DNA of 63,196 bases, counting the filler, from Octopus bimaculoides (Eukaryota): assembly GCF_001194135.2 (NCBI RefSeq). It is 6 parts of 5 records of this genome, joined end to end, with 100 filler letters (N's around TTAATTAATTAA, not from the genome) between each part and the next. Parts side by side here need not be neighbours in the genome. Positions count along the whole stretch, not along the records: positions 19,730 to 24,089 come from NC_069006.1; positions 24,190 to 55,997 come from NC_068998.1; 4 more parts are not named here. One strand, 5' to 3'. Positions within the stretch are counted from its first letter, which is position 1; each line of letters starts with the position of its first letter. This document shows, in pieces, positions 23,956 through 36,696 of this stretch. The translations under genes were made by a program, and so were the position numbers. The notes under the pieces were generated by a model. The model was not told the origin of the DNA, did no database searches, and worked only from the letters and a program-made list of their open reading frames with translations.

Positions 23956-24012
23956 CTAGCATCTGATGAGATGGACGTTTCCTACGCGTCCACGAAACTT
24001 GAACTCATGGGA
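23956..24012 (+). ncRNA. Hammerhead-ribozyme-like core (type I, probably degenerate)
   Basis: CTGATGA (23963-69), stem II G(A)TGGACG/CGTCCAC, GAAAC (23994-98), TC then ATG able to pair with the upstream CAT. Confidence 0.45.
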
Positions 24013-24762
24013 GACTGAATCAAACTTTGATATATATATATATATATATGTGTATATATATTCTTTTTAATTCTTTTATTTGTTTCAGTNNNNNNNNNNN
24101 NNNNNNNNNNNNNNNNNNNNNNNNNNNNNNNNNTTAATTAATTAANNNNNNNNNNNNNNNNNNNNNNNNNNNNNNNNNNNNNNNNNNNNATATATATATA
24201 TTTCTGAGAAAGTGGAAGTCATTAACTCGATCCTATTAAGTGACTGCTACTTTATTTTGTCGGGACTAGAAAGATGGAAGCCAGAGCTAACCTAAGGGAG
24301 TTGAAAAATAATATTTGAACAGCAAATATTTTGCTTAATCATAAAACAAATATTAAATTTGAACGGCAGTAAAAATCGATTTCTTTTGAAAACTCGTGAC
24401 GTAAACAGCAGCAAGTTGACATTACAGTAAGAAGTAGCAGTAGCAGTAGTAGTAGCAAGAGTTTGGGATCCCTACATTCAAATGATCGTTGTCGGAAATT
24501 CAAAAGGTTATGTTGTCCTAGAAATTATTCGATGGATTCAAGAAAACAACTTTATGAGGAGTCAATATAAATGTAACTGTTAATCTACTCTATATTAAGT
24601 CAGATGATAAATTAGTGTACAAAACAACAGCAAATAATCAGCATTTTGTGTTAACGTTGTCTTTAATAAAATCTGATTGATACACATCGAGCCATTCTTG
24701 GATTGTTCCTATAATAGCTGCCATGAGAAGAGGTTGCCAACTCTTTAATATTTCTACATTTC

Positions 24763-24894
24763 TTCAAATTCCGCCGAGGTCGAGTTTGCATTTCATCCTT
24801 TCGGGGTCGATAAATTAAGTACCAGTTGCGTACTGGTGTCGATCTAATCGACTGGCCTCTCCCTCAAAATTTCGGGCCTTGTGCCTAGAGTAGA
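24763..24894 (+). mobile_element. SINE family A, 5'-truncated, little diverged
   Basis: Starts in the B-box (TTCAAATTCCGCCGAGG) and ends GTGCCTAGAGTAGA. Confidence 0.88.
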
Positions 24895-26636
24895 GTTGAC
24901 TTTTCTTTGAGAGAAAAAGAGAGAATGAAAGAGAAAAAGGCAGACAAGTAGGTAGGTAGGCAGGTTGTGGAGCAGTGCCGAGTGTAATGTTTGTAGTCGA
25001 GTGGGCTTGAGACAATTGCAAGAGATCCATTCATAATTCATCCGAAATATGTTTGTGCAAAATCCAACCAATTTTACCTTTTATATCACGTTTGCTACTT
25101 ACTGCCATTGCAAGTGAAATGAGGTACCACACCCATTCGCTGAAATATAAAGAAGTTATTAACTCACCCTCCCCTAAATTTCTGTAGTAATTGTTTTGGC
25201 TTGTTATTTCTGTAGGAGTTCAGTCCTTCCATCTGGCACGGTGTGGAGGTAGTTTGTTAGATTGTTGGTTGGGGTTGATGTGTGTCTGCAATCAGCTGCA
25301 AGTTGATTGTTTGGGCTCCAGACAATGACGAGATCGGGTGTCTGACAGATACAGGAAGGGTGTGTGTGTGTGTGTGTGTATGTGTGTGTGTGTGTGTGTG
25401 CGTGCGTGTGTGTGTGTGTGTGTGTGTGCGTGCGTGTGTGTGTGTTATATATTTATTTATATAAGATGATATATCTCCCCATTAGTTGTGAGCGTTGGCA
25501 GATAAATATTCTCTCATGTGGACCCAAACGTAATTACATCTACACATGGCTGACATCTCTTGTGTATCCCTCACAGTCCACAATCACTTGATTCGTTGCA
25601 ATCTGTTGGTGATATTAAAATGGGTAAATATTGGTAGATACGAGCAGTGGTGACAATGCAGTGTCGAGGATATTGGTAGAACACGTGCTCTCCTTTCATT
25701 CTATTAGTCTTATTTACTGCGAATTTCTTCCTGTTCTTCTGGTTCGTTACTTAATTCCAGATTTACTTTAAAAATAAATTACGGACAAATTGTCTCTTAG
25801 ATAGGTTGCTCGTACAATAATACTTTTCCCGTGGAAGTGGGTTAAATTCCGCACTTCACAGCCATGAACAAGTGAATTTATAGAACTACTATTGGAGACA
25901 ATGGTGCTAGTTTATAACACAACGTCTGTGTGTGTGCGTGTATGTGTGTGTTTATAATTTTTTATATGTGTGTGTGGGTTCATGTGCACACAGAAACTAA
26001 AATAATTATAATAATCTTAACGTCGACTGGACCTTTGGATTCGTTTGTGTCACATTCCTGCTAATGGTAGTTCTATTTTCTTTTTCTATACTTCCAGATT
26101 TTTATGGTCAAAGTTCAATTCCAGTCGCGGTCGATTTTGCCTTTTGTCATTCCAAGTCGAGGCACAGCGGCGATCTTTGCCGCCAAACATCACATATTTG
26201 AGGTTCAACAAGAGGTTGTTTGTATCTACTCGTGACTGCATGGACATCGAAAGAAGCAAAGGAACGGTGCAAGCGGCTACGAACACGTAATTGTTTAAGA
26301 CACTCGAATTATTATTTTCTTTTCCTCATACTGAAGAATAAGAGTTTACTTTTATGCTTGAACAGATTTCGCGAGTGTACGATGTCGGCTTTCTCAAACG
26401 AAGCGGAAAATTTGACATTGATAAATATGGAGTCAAGGTGTGTGTTATGGGAGAACAAAGACAAAAATAGCAAAGAATTAGAAACTGCGGCAGTACGGCA
26501 GAGATAAAATTAGGGGAGGAGACATACAGTTGGTTGTATTACATGTTTCCCCCCCCCCCCCNNNNNNNNNNNNNNNNNNNNNNNNNNNNNNNNNNNNNNN
26601 NNNNNCATACATGTATGTATACATGCACATATGTAT

Positions 26637-26682
<46 letters not shown>

Positions 26683-26770
26683 TATATATATATACACACA
26701 CATATATATATATGTATATATATATGTACATATGTATGTATATGTACACACACGCACACACACACACATA

Positions 26771-27059
26771 TTGGCCACGCTGGAACACCGCTACTGTAAT
26801 CAACGTTTTAATGGCCAGTCTCATGCGATTGGTTTTGGTGAAGGAGGGAGTTTGACACTGCTGCCCTCTTTTGAGTCTCTTGCCTTGATACTGGTTCATC
26901 TAGGACTTTGGATAGCAAGAGGTCAAGCTGTTTCTTGAAAACATCTATCCCCCACTCCATGGAGATCCCTCAGATGTTTTTCCAGGGTGTTAAAGAACTG
27001 TAGGCCCTTGAATCCCAAGCTATTGCCATACATGGTCTTCACTCTGAGCAAGATAGCTT
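26771..27059 (-). pseudogene. CR1-type LINE ORF2 extreme C-terminus plus 3' tail
   Basis: [63 protein letters not shown], stop at 26808-26810. Confidence 0.8.
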
Positions 27060-27632
27060 GTTCTTACTTTTGCGTCTTTTTCTGCAGTTAGTCTCTGAGT
27101 AATTTGCAGGCACTTGAACATGTCTGGCGTTAACTCATCCAGTTTGTACTCTTCACATTCTCTGTTAACTCTACCAGCAGATGTGATACAGTCCTCATCG
27201 CTGTTCTTTTCTAGATTCAAACATTTGCAGCGTGTATTGAACAATGAACTTTTTACACAGTATTTCTATTGTATTTTAAAAGTTTATGTCAGAAGGTTTC
27301 TTTCGGGAGAACGTAATTGCTGTAATACTCATGAGCTCCTGCTGCCAATTTTCTTAGGATTAGACACCTTTTCATATCGTCATCCCAATCTTTGCACTTT
27401 TTATTGAAGATATGTCCCTATCTTCTATAATACGCCTCGAAGGTAAGTTCTTCGTCTGCTTCAAATTTAAATTCCGTTATTGGGTTTGCAACATAATCTG
27501 ACGAGAACATTTTTTCAGCATTTTTCGACGACTTATTATTCATTAATGGCAGCATTTGTTGTTTTGTAATAGTAACTGTTGTTGTTGCTGCTGCTTCTGC
27601 AACTCGAGCAGACCGGCCAACACTTCTTCCAT
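27060..27632 (-). pseudogene. Gypsy (K02A2.6-like) gag N-terminal relic
   Basis: MEEVLAGLLELQKQQQ..ITEFKFEADEELTFEAYYRR*..KRCLILRKL..YSNYVLPK..FNTRCKCLNLEK..AGRVNRECEEYKL..FKCL; contains stops and frameshifts. Confidence 0.82.
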
Positions 27633-27708
27633 AGTTTTACGATTTTGTATTCCGTAAAATTCGCACAAAAAGCTTCTTGTGAGTTTATTTAATCCTCGTG
27701 AGTTTAAT

Positions 27709-27905
27709 TCCTCGTCGCCACTGTTGTAATCCTCTGTCGGACTGTTATAACGCCCACTCCGGTATAACAGTATAGTTAGTTAGACAATTAAGAATACGAC
27801 TATCAATGACGTCTATTCGACTGACACTCAGGTATTTGTAATGACTAGAACATACCATTCTTCACGTGGGAGGGGTGTTCCATTATTACTGTTATCCCCA
27901 TAACA
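27709..27905 (-). mobile_element. Gypsy primer-binding site (27709-27720) and 5' LTR (3' end at 27722, 5' end tentatively 27905)
   Basis: Minus strand reads ...ATTACAACA-G-TGGCGACGAGGA; candidate LTR start TGTTAT. Confidence 0.65.
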
Positions 27906-29297
27906 AAGAACGTATTAGATAATGCGATTCTAGTACACGATACCTAAAAAAGACAATAGAATCAGGACCAGCAACAACGTCAACAACAAGCTAACGAAGA
28001 AGCTTCTACGTGGACGCATGATCTGCTAGACTTAGTCAAATTTTCAATCCTGTTTTTTCTTCCTTCAGCGTAGAGTATTGATCAGATCTAATACATCCCA
28101 ATCTCTAATTGTTAATTTGCAGTTTCATTAATGTTCAATATATCTACATAAAAACGCAACGAGAATCAATCTATTCCCTCAGCCATTGAATATGCATTTA
28201 TTTATCTGCTCCGACGGCGAACATTGTAGATAATGCAGGAACACCTTAGCAACACGAACTTACAACACATCAAATCTATTCCTCTTCTCTTCTGCCGTTA
28301 ATTCTTTTGGGAATGCCACATCATATCACTTTCCTTCTATAAATATAAAAACCTTTCTACTTAACCAACAGAAACTTAATTATGTTAAACAATTACAACA
28401 CATAAAAATGAATTGTGCGTCTTTTCTTAATACTATCCATCCACTTCTGTGTGTGGATTCAGGTAATAAGATATCACAGCTCTACCTAGATTCGTATTTG
28501 AACTCAGCAGTACAAAAACATTACTGATAGTTTATTCAGAAGAATTCCCCGAAAAGTTAATTAACTTTTATCGACAGAAATCTAAATAGAAACAAGCCAA
28601 CAGCTAGCGAAAATAACATATCTATCACGACCTGCAATGAAAGTATAAATTAGAAACTGGCAACTCTCTTATGACAGTTCATTAGAGAAAGTTATATATT
28701 ATTCAACCGCCGATGTTTACAGAAACTATCTGATATTCTGACCTTTTGCATGACAGATGAATTGCAAGATCTGAATCTCACCACCCAAAAGCAAATAGTC
28801 TTCAATCTATTTTTAGCTGTATATTATTAAGTCTATTTTGGTAATAACCCAGCATAAATTGATGACGTAGATCGTTGATAGGTTACTTTTCTCACAAAGA
28901 AGGCTTCACATGAACTTATAATTTCCTCCGAAATAAAGGAGTGACTGAAAATCTATTATCTCCAAGGTAATAAACTGTATATATGCGTGTGTTTGTGCAT
29001 GTGTGCGCGTGTGGGGTGGTAGATGGGGTGCGCGCGTACAAGTGCGTGTGTGTGTGTGTGTGAGAGAGTATGTATATATGTATATATGTATATATGTGTG
29101 TATGTATATATATATATATATATATGCATGTATGTATTGTGTTAGAAAGGAAATATACACCTACAACAATTGCAAAACAAAAAATCTCTCCGGAATTTAT
29201 TTTTCAAATTTAACATAATTTATGCTTCTACATGGCTACATCCAGTTCGCTGGAACTAGGAAAAGAACTGTGTGTGTGTGTATATATACATACATGT

Positions 29298-29329
<32 letters not shown>

Positions 29330-30074
29330 TATACCTGCATACATACATAAATACGTTAATGCGCAGACACACACAGACACACGTACGCACACACATATAC
29401 AAACTTACACACACACGCACACACATGCACTCGCACGCGCACACACATACATAAACATACACACACATGCATATACACATGCACACACACACATACCCTT
29501 TTATTAGTTTTAGACATTAGATTGCAGCTATGTTGGGGCTAAACCTTCGAGCACACCCATACACACATAAATACATGTAGTCCGTAAATGGCAATACATC
29601 ATGACTGAGTTTCATATCCAGGAAATTTCGAACAATCATCGGATTATGAGAAGCTCAATCTATCAATCATAAGTAGCATATGACTTATGTTTTCCAGACT
29701 CTCAAGATTACATTCTAGATTAAAAAATATGAGAAGATGACTAACATTTATAAGAAACACATAAGTTACTCCCATCTATCGGTTAAATGTACTAGGATTT
29801 CAAAATTCTATGGAGAGTTAATAAAATAATTCGCTGCTAACAGTACACTCACTGACAACTTTATTTCATTATTTCACGTTTACAATAAAAAAAATTCGCT
29901 CCTATTTTGAATCAATTCAAATATTTTCAACTTATGAATGTTTCGTTAGAATTTATTAACTTCCATTCGACCAACCGAGAGAAATAACTTTACCCTAACA
30001 ATGAATTTCGTCGCTTATATTTTTTTCAGTCGGAATATAGTGTTTGTATATGTCACAGATCTTCAAGTGGGGCG

Positions 30075-30240
<166 letters not shown>

Positions 30241-30248
30241 GTCATAAA

Positions 30249-30632
30249 TGTGGCTGGTTGGTAAGAAGATTGCTTCCAAGCCACAGGATTCTGGGTTCAG
30301 TCCCACTGTGTGGTACTTTAAGTAAACATCTACTATAGCCCCGAGCTGATCAAAGCTCTGTGAGTGGATTTGGCGAGGTTAAACTGAAAGAACTCTATCG
30401 TATATACATATATATTTATGTGTGTGTCTGTTTGTCCCCCCATCACCACTTGACAACTGGTGTTGGTGTGTTTACGTCCCCGTAACACAGCAGTTTGGCA
30501 AAAGAGACCAACAGAATGAATACCAGGCTTAAAATAATAAGTACCGAGGTCGATTCTTTCGATTAAAATTTTCAAGGCAATACTCCAGCATGGCCGCAGA
30601 GTATTGAAACAAAAGATAAAAGAGAAAAGATA
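30249..30632 (+). mobile_element. SINE family B, full length
   Basis: Head, central TA/TG tract, tail CTCCAGCATGGCCGCAG. Confidence 0.88.
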
Positions 30633-32506
30633 AGAAGTCACTCCGAGCTGTGGTGCTGCACTCGGTAAATATCTTCCAAGATGGACATAGGCTGGCCAAT
30701 TCCTTGTAAATATATTTTGATACACGGAATCTGTTTAGAAGGCCTTCATAAGGAAGTTGGTGAAAATACCTTGTAGTACCTTGTGGTATCCGATGCCATA
30801 AAAGATGTCGCAATTCCCAAAGTGACGTATCTCTAGTGAACTTAGCCCTTCAATAAAAATCGATCAAATGAGGATGTATTTGCTGGGATCGATATAATTA
30901 GCAAAACCTTCTCGTATGACCGCAATCCAACATCTAAAACCAGCAAACAGATATGTGTGTGAGTGTGTGTGTATATGTATATGTTTGTGTAAGTTTGCGT
31001 GCGTGGCTGTGTATGCAACTGCGTGTGTATGTGTGTGCGAGTATGCGTGTGTATGTATGTCTGTGCATGGGTATTTATGTGGGCTTGTGTACATGTGCGT
31101 GCGTGTAATGTGTGTATGTTTGTGTATGTAAGCGTGCGTGCATGTCTGTGCATGTGTAAGTGTGCGTGTGTAAGTGTGAGTGTGTGTGTGAGTGTGAGTA
31201 TGTGTGTGTGTGTGTGTGTGTGTGTGAATGTGGTCAGATGCGTTTGAGGATCTGACTAGAGACATCGTTGAATCATTAGTATTTTTGATATTAAATGTCA
31301 TACGCTTAAGAAAATATACAGAAACACTTGCGTAATCATACACATAATTGTACACGTGTATATATATCCACACACACATGCGCGCACGCACACACGCGCA
31401 CACATACGCACTCACACTCACCGAGGCATATCCTCAGAAAGCGCTAATGACACACAGTTAATTATGTCGCCTTTTTATTCTATTAACTTCACAGGATAAT
31501 GAAACAGTAAATATCTCCCTCCTCCTCCTCAACATCCCCTTTCTCTAGTCAGCCAACCACCCAGTCGAATACCACCACCTCTCTAACTAACTAACCGAAT
31601 ACTTTCACCTCCGCCCTCCCTCAAACAATTCCATCACTCAGATCAAACCAATCTCGCTAACATAATGAAGGTCGTGGTTTCAATTTTGGTTGGCATTTCT
31701 TTAATCTTTTATTGCCACGGATGAAACAGATTGGCGAATAATTGGTCAGTTAAAAGAGAGGGGTGTAGTGGTGGTGGTGGTCACAGTAGTAACGTGGCAG
31801 AACAACTTTTCATATACTCAACCGGCGACAAAATGCTCCTCTTTGGCACTCGGAAGAACTGCCACCTGCTTTAGAAACTGTTATTGTGACGAAAAAGCAA
31901 AAAAAAAAGGGAATAATTCTGATATCATTTTTCCTGACCAAAATAACAAAAGCGTATTGTTATTATCCTCAATAGTAAAGACATGATGTTTCGTACAGGT
32001 TAATTGGAAATGTAAGAAAAACGTTGACTTCGTCGTTGGATTCAAAGCAAGAAAAGGATTCATTAAACTTATTTTAGTTGGTATCATTGCAATGATACAC
32101 GATATTATGAGGAAAGAGTCTGCTGATTGAAATATCTGTCCCAACAGTTGATAATGTATTTATGAAAGAATTAGATAATATAAAGATATAGAAATAGAGA
32201 TAACCAGAATGTAGGGCTTGAAAGCAAAAACTATCTTACTAATAGGTGCTTTGGTAATGATGAGGAAAAATGGTGACAAATGCGTAGCCAAAACCTCAAG
32301 TGTGCAGAACGTACAGAATATAAAACTAAATGCACACCTATTATATAGTGTACTGCTAATAATATTATATAGAGTACTATAATAATATTATAGAAAGTAC
32401 AGTTAATGATATTATTTGGAGTAGTGTTAACAATATTATTTAATAATATTATAGAAAGTACTGCTAATAATATGATATTGATATGTTGATATTCTATACA
32501 GTACTT

Positions 32507-32720
32507 AGGAGGCCAACTGGCAGAATCGTGAGCACAGCGGGCAAAATGCTTTGCGGTATTTCGTCCGTCTTCACGTTCTGAGTAAAAATTTCGCCGAGTC
32601 TGGCTTTGCCTTTCATCTTCTCGGGATCGATAAAATAAGCACCAGTTGAGCATTTGTCGATGAAATCGACTTATACCCTCCCCCAAAATTGCTGGCCTTG
32701 CGCCAAAAATTGAAACCAAT
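32507..32720 (+). mobile_element. SINE family A
   Basis: Head to tail match. Confidence 0.88.
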
Positions 32721-32735
32721 ATTATATACAGTACC

Positions 32736-32946
32736 AAGGCGTCGTGCTGGTAGAATTGTAAGCACACCGCTTAGCGGCATTTCGTTCGTCTTTACGCTCT
32801 GAGTTCAAATAGCACCAGGCTTGACTCTGCCTTTCATCCCATTCGAGGTCGATAGAATAAGAACCATTTGAGCTCTGGGGATCGATGTAACCGACTAAGC
32901 CTCTTCCCCGAAACTGTTGACCTTGTGTCAAAATTTGAAACCAATA
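32736..32946 (+). mobile_element. SINE family A
   Basis: Head to tail match, tandem to the previous copy. Confidence 0.85.
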
Positions 32947-34725
32947 TTATTGAGAGTACTGTTAATAATATTATTAATGATATCATAGAGAGTACTGTTA
33001 ATAATCTTGCATAGAGTACTGTTGCTAATGTAATATAGAGTACTGTTAATGATATTATAGAGAGTACTGTTAATAGTATTATAGAGAGTACAGTTAGTAA
33101 TATTATAGACAGGACTACACACACACACACACACACACACATATGTGTGTATATATACACACACATACACCAATATACACAGGCACATACGCTTAAATAA
33201 GCTAAAGAGAACGCGAGAGAGATCCCTTTTCATTTCTTGTCTAATATTACTCCAAATTTTCTTGGGGAGAACCTTTTAAATGGTGCCTTGAGAGAATTTA
33301 TCCCTTCTGATTAAAAAGTGCAAGCACATATTGAAGCATATATTATTTTCATTGAATTTTACTCAGACATCCATGATATATCGATCCCTAAAATTAAGGT
33401 TTAACGAAAAGGCCAAAGTTGTTCAGATTAATCGCAACAATTTAGTTAACTGCGATGTGCTGTAGTCAAACTAGTTCACATAGAATATAATGGAATAAAA
33501 AGGGATGCGTTGCTATATACTGTAGTTTTGTACTTAAATACGTGACACACTTCTGTGAAGTTTTTTAACAACAGAATCTAAGCCACATCAAATCTGTTGT
33601 TATCGATCAGCTACACTAAAATGTCTTCCTAACTTTGATGCATGTCAGGGTCAATTGAAGTAACACTCTTGTATGATAGTAGTGAGAACGTAAAATCGAA
33701 AATGACTGGAAAACTTTTAAGATATACTTTAATGAAATTAATTTTATTCATTCTAAATTCAAATCTATTAAAAACAGGCAGTCTATTGATCTGTAGACTT
33801 TTGTAATTTGTCAGATATTCTTTTAGTGGCAATTTTAGCATCTTAATTAATTAATTATATTGAAATCTTGTCATTTTAGCTTCAATATTTTCCTGATAAT
33901 AATGGCAACATAAAATATAAACGTTTTCGTGTGTTGAATAATCAATTTTATAAATACATTCATACATACATACATATACCTNNNNNNNNNNNNNNNNNNN
34001 NNNNNNNNNNNNNNNNNNNNNNNNNNNNNNNNNNNNNNNNNNNNNNNNNNNNNNNNNNNNNNNNNNNNNNNNNNNNNNNNNNNNNNNNNNNNNNATATAT
34101 ATATATATATATATATACACTACTTTTACACACACACACACACGTTTTATATCATGCCATTGAATGTTGTTTCTAATTCGATTCGTTGTTTCTCACCATA
34201 GGTGTAGGTTGATGCACATATTTTTCGCTGGCTCAGTCCATCTAGATGTACGTAGGTACTATCAAGTGGTTAACTTATCTGTATAAGTGGAATAATGTTT
34301 TCTTAATACGATAGGACTGTTCTTCATTTTTTCTCTAAGTCTGAAACAAAGAGAATGAGAGAGAAAGAAAGAGAGAGGGAAAAAGAAAGAAAGAAAAAGG
34401 GAGAAAGAAAGAAAGAAAGAAAGAAAGAAAAAGAAAGAAATGAAGGAAGAAAAAGAGATACATATTTAGGACTGGTTATTGCGTTACGTTCATTACAATA
34501 TTAAAGCCTTACCTAGTCTGTACAGTGTCTACATTAATTCTTAATTCTATCGTAGAATTTGATTTTTTTTTCATCTCGGCAGTTAACCCCGGGTTTATGT
34601 GGGGGTCTGTTTTTAAATTCTGGCGCTAATTCTAAGCAGTTGGCATGCTTACTTCTTTTTTAGCCCTATCTTTAGATCTCAAAGGTTAAATTAAAATCTT
34701 GTATTGAATGCAATGCTATATATAA

Positions 34726-34866
34726 TGGTTTAAAATTTTGGTACAAGGCGAGCATGTTCGGGACCCCGAAAAGATGAAAAGCAAATTAGGCCATTTGAAC
34801 TCAGAATGTAAAGACGGACGAAATGCTGCTGAGCATTTTGTCCGGCGTGCTAAGGATTCTTCCAGG
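34726..34866 (-). mobile_element. SINE family A, internally deleted
   Basis: Head and tail present, middle missing. Confidence 0.75.
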
Positions 34867-36212
34867 ATTACCTTTACGTAATTTTAAAATTTGGTTTGCA
34901 AAATTCTTCATGCGAACTTGTGTGTTGAAACAAATCTTGTCTCTGGGGAGGGTAATCTCGCCGATAGTAATAAGCACACACTGGTTCGATTTCACTCCTT
35001 TACTGTTATCAAACTAACTAACTAATCGATCGTTTGTTTAATTTGTTGGTTAAACAATCAATCAGTTGCTTGTCAAAATGCTTTAATCGGTGTTTGCGGC
35101 CTCAGGAATGACCCCTCCTTCTCTCCTTCAGGAGATAACATTTCACTGATGAGGTCTCTTATTCTTGTCATCCACAGAAGCTTATAAAGTGTTACAGTCT
35201 TCTTCCTCTGCCAAAGTCATTATAAAACAATAGCAGCTGTGTTGTGCTTTGATATATTAAATATAGAAGTAAATTGCAATGAGGAAGAAGTCTTCAAAAT
35301 CTATCATATTCGTTGTTCTCTGCCAGAAAATCGATGTAAAACTACAAATAAAACAATCAACATCTATGAATCAGATGAAATTAAAACCTGATGTAAATAT
35401 GAGTTTTATCGTAAATTTACGTTTTTATGGAAGTTTTAAGAAATGTCATATTTTCATTTTTTTACAATAAATCTCATATACTTAAAAAAAAGTATGAACA
35501 TACATTGTACTATTTCATGTTTCAAATTCAAAATAAGTTCTCTTTGTTCAAAATATTTACTCCTAGAAAATTGGTGAAAGAAGTCTAGTGATGAAGGGAT
35601 GAAGTGGTTTATTTGCGGAGCTAAGTTAACTACATGGTTATTAAACGTACGGAGTGAGTGAGAGATGAGCTCTTATACAAGTTCCTTATTTTGTAGATAT
35701 AATATCAGTCTTAGGGATAAAAAAGATTGCATTATTCACTTTATTTCTTCCCAATGTATTAACAAAGTTAAGTGATTTGATGATAAGTTTGTAGAGATTT
35801 CAGAACATCAGTACCTAACTCCATCTATCTTATTGTCCTCACATTGATATTTTATATATATATATTGGTATTTTACATACACATAGACTCAAGTTGATAG
35901 CCGTTGGCAAAGAAAATTGTGGTCCGTTCAAGCCTTTCTCTAGAGTATTATAGAGTTATAAGTTTAATGAATTCATTCCAACTGAAAATAAACTAACAGT
36001 TCACGGATGCAAATTTTTGGGAACTTGTTTCTACGTTATGGAGTCAAGTGCTCACTGAGTTTTGACGGCCACCATTGAAATACTGGGATGTTGCTGTTTT
36101 CTGAGTGCGATCGTTATTGAAACAGTTATTAAACCTAGATGCCTGACTTGGCTTCTGCTCAAGCGCTACTCTCAATGACATCTCATACGCTGCTATGTTA
36201 TAATTATAGGAA

Positions 36213-36412
36213 AGGCGGCGAACCGGCAGAGCCGTCGGTATGACGTGTCAACTGCTCATCGGTATTTCGTTCCGAGTTCAAATTCCGCCGAGGTTGATTT
36301 TGCTTTTCATCCTGTTCAGGGTCAATAAAATAAGTACCAGTTGAACACTAGAGCTGATGTATTCGACCAATCCCATCCTTGAAATTGCTGGCTTTGTACC
36401 AAAATTTGAAAT
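36213..36412 (+). mobile_element. SINE family A
   Basis: AGGCGGCGAACCGGCAG head, GAGTTCAAATTCCGCCGAGG, tail AAAATTTGAAA. Confidence 0.85.
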
Positions 36413-36644
36413 CTATCAAGACTTACGATAAGAATATTTATCGTTATAATGATACTACCAACTGAAATTTGAACCAAGTACATTTGATTAAGGTTTTATT
36501 AATAGCAGATATTGTCTTCATTTGTGAAGCAAAGAAATCCGATTGTGGAATTAGAAATCATTAGTTGCTTTGATCATCACAAGTTTTCTAACTATCATTA
36601 TTTTTATTAATCATTATTTCATCCTTCCCTCTCTTTTACTCACT

Positions 36645-36696
<52 letters not shown>

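Larger units (their letters stand above)
32330..33115. repeat. Degenerate ~22-24-bp minisatellite (AGTACTGTTAATAATATTATAGAG-like) interrupted by two SINEs
   Basis: Units on both sides (32340-32505 and 32945-33115). Confidence 0.8.

Noticed and set aside
32940-33115. CRISPR-like array
   Set aside because: The units are contiguous and degenerate with no unique spacers, and the DNA is eukaryotic; it is a minisatellite.
33843-33856. TTAATTAATTAA outside an N run
   Set aside because: It sits in natural AT-rich sequence without flanking Ns; chance occurrence rather than a linker.
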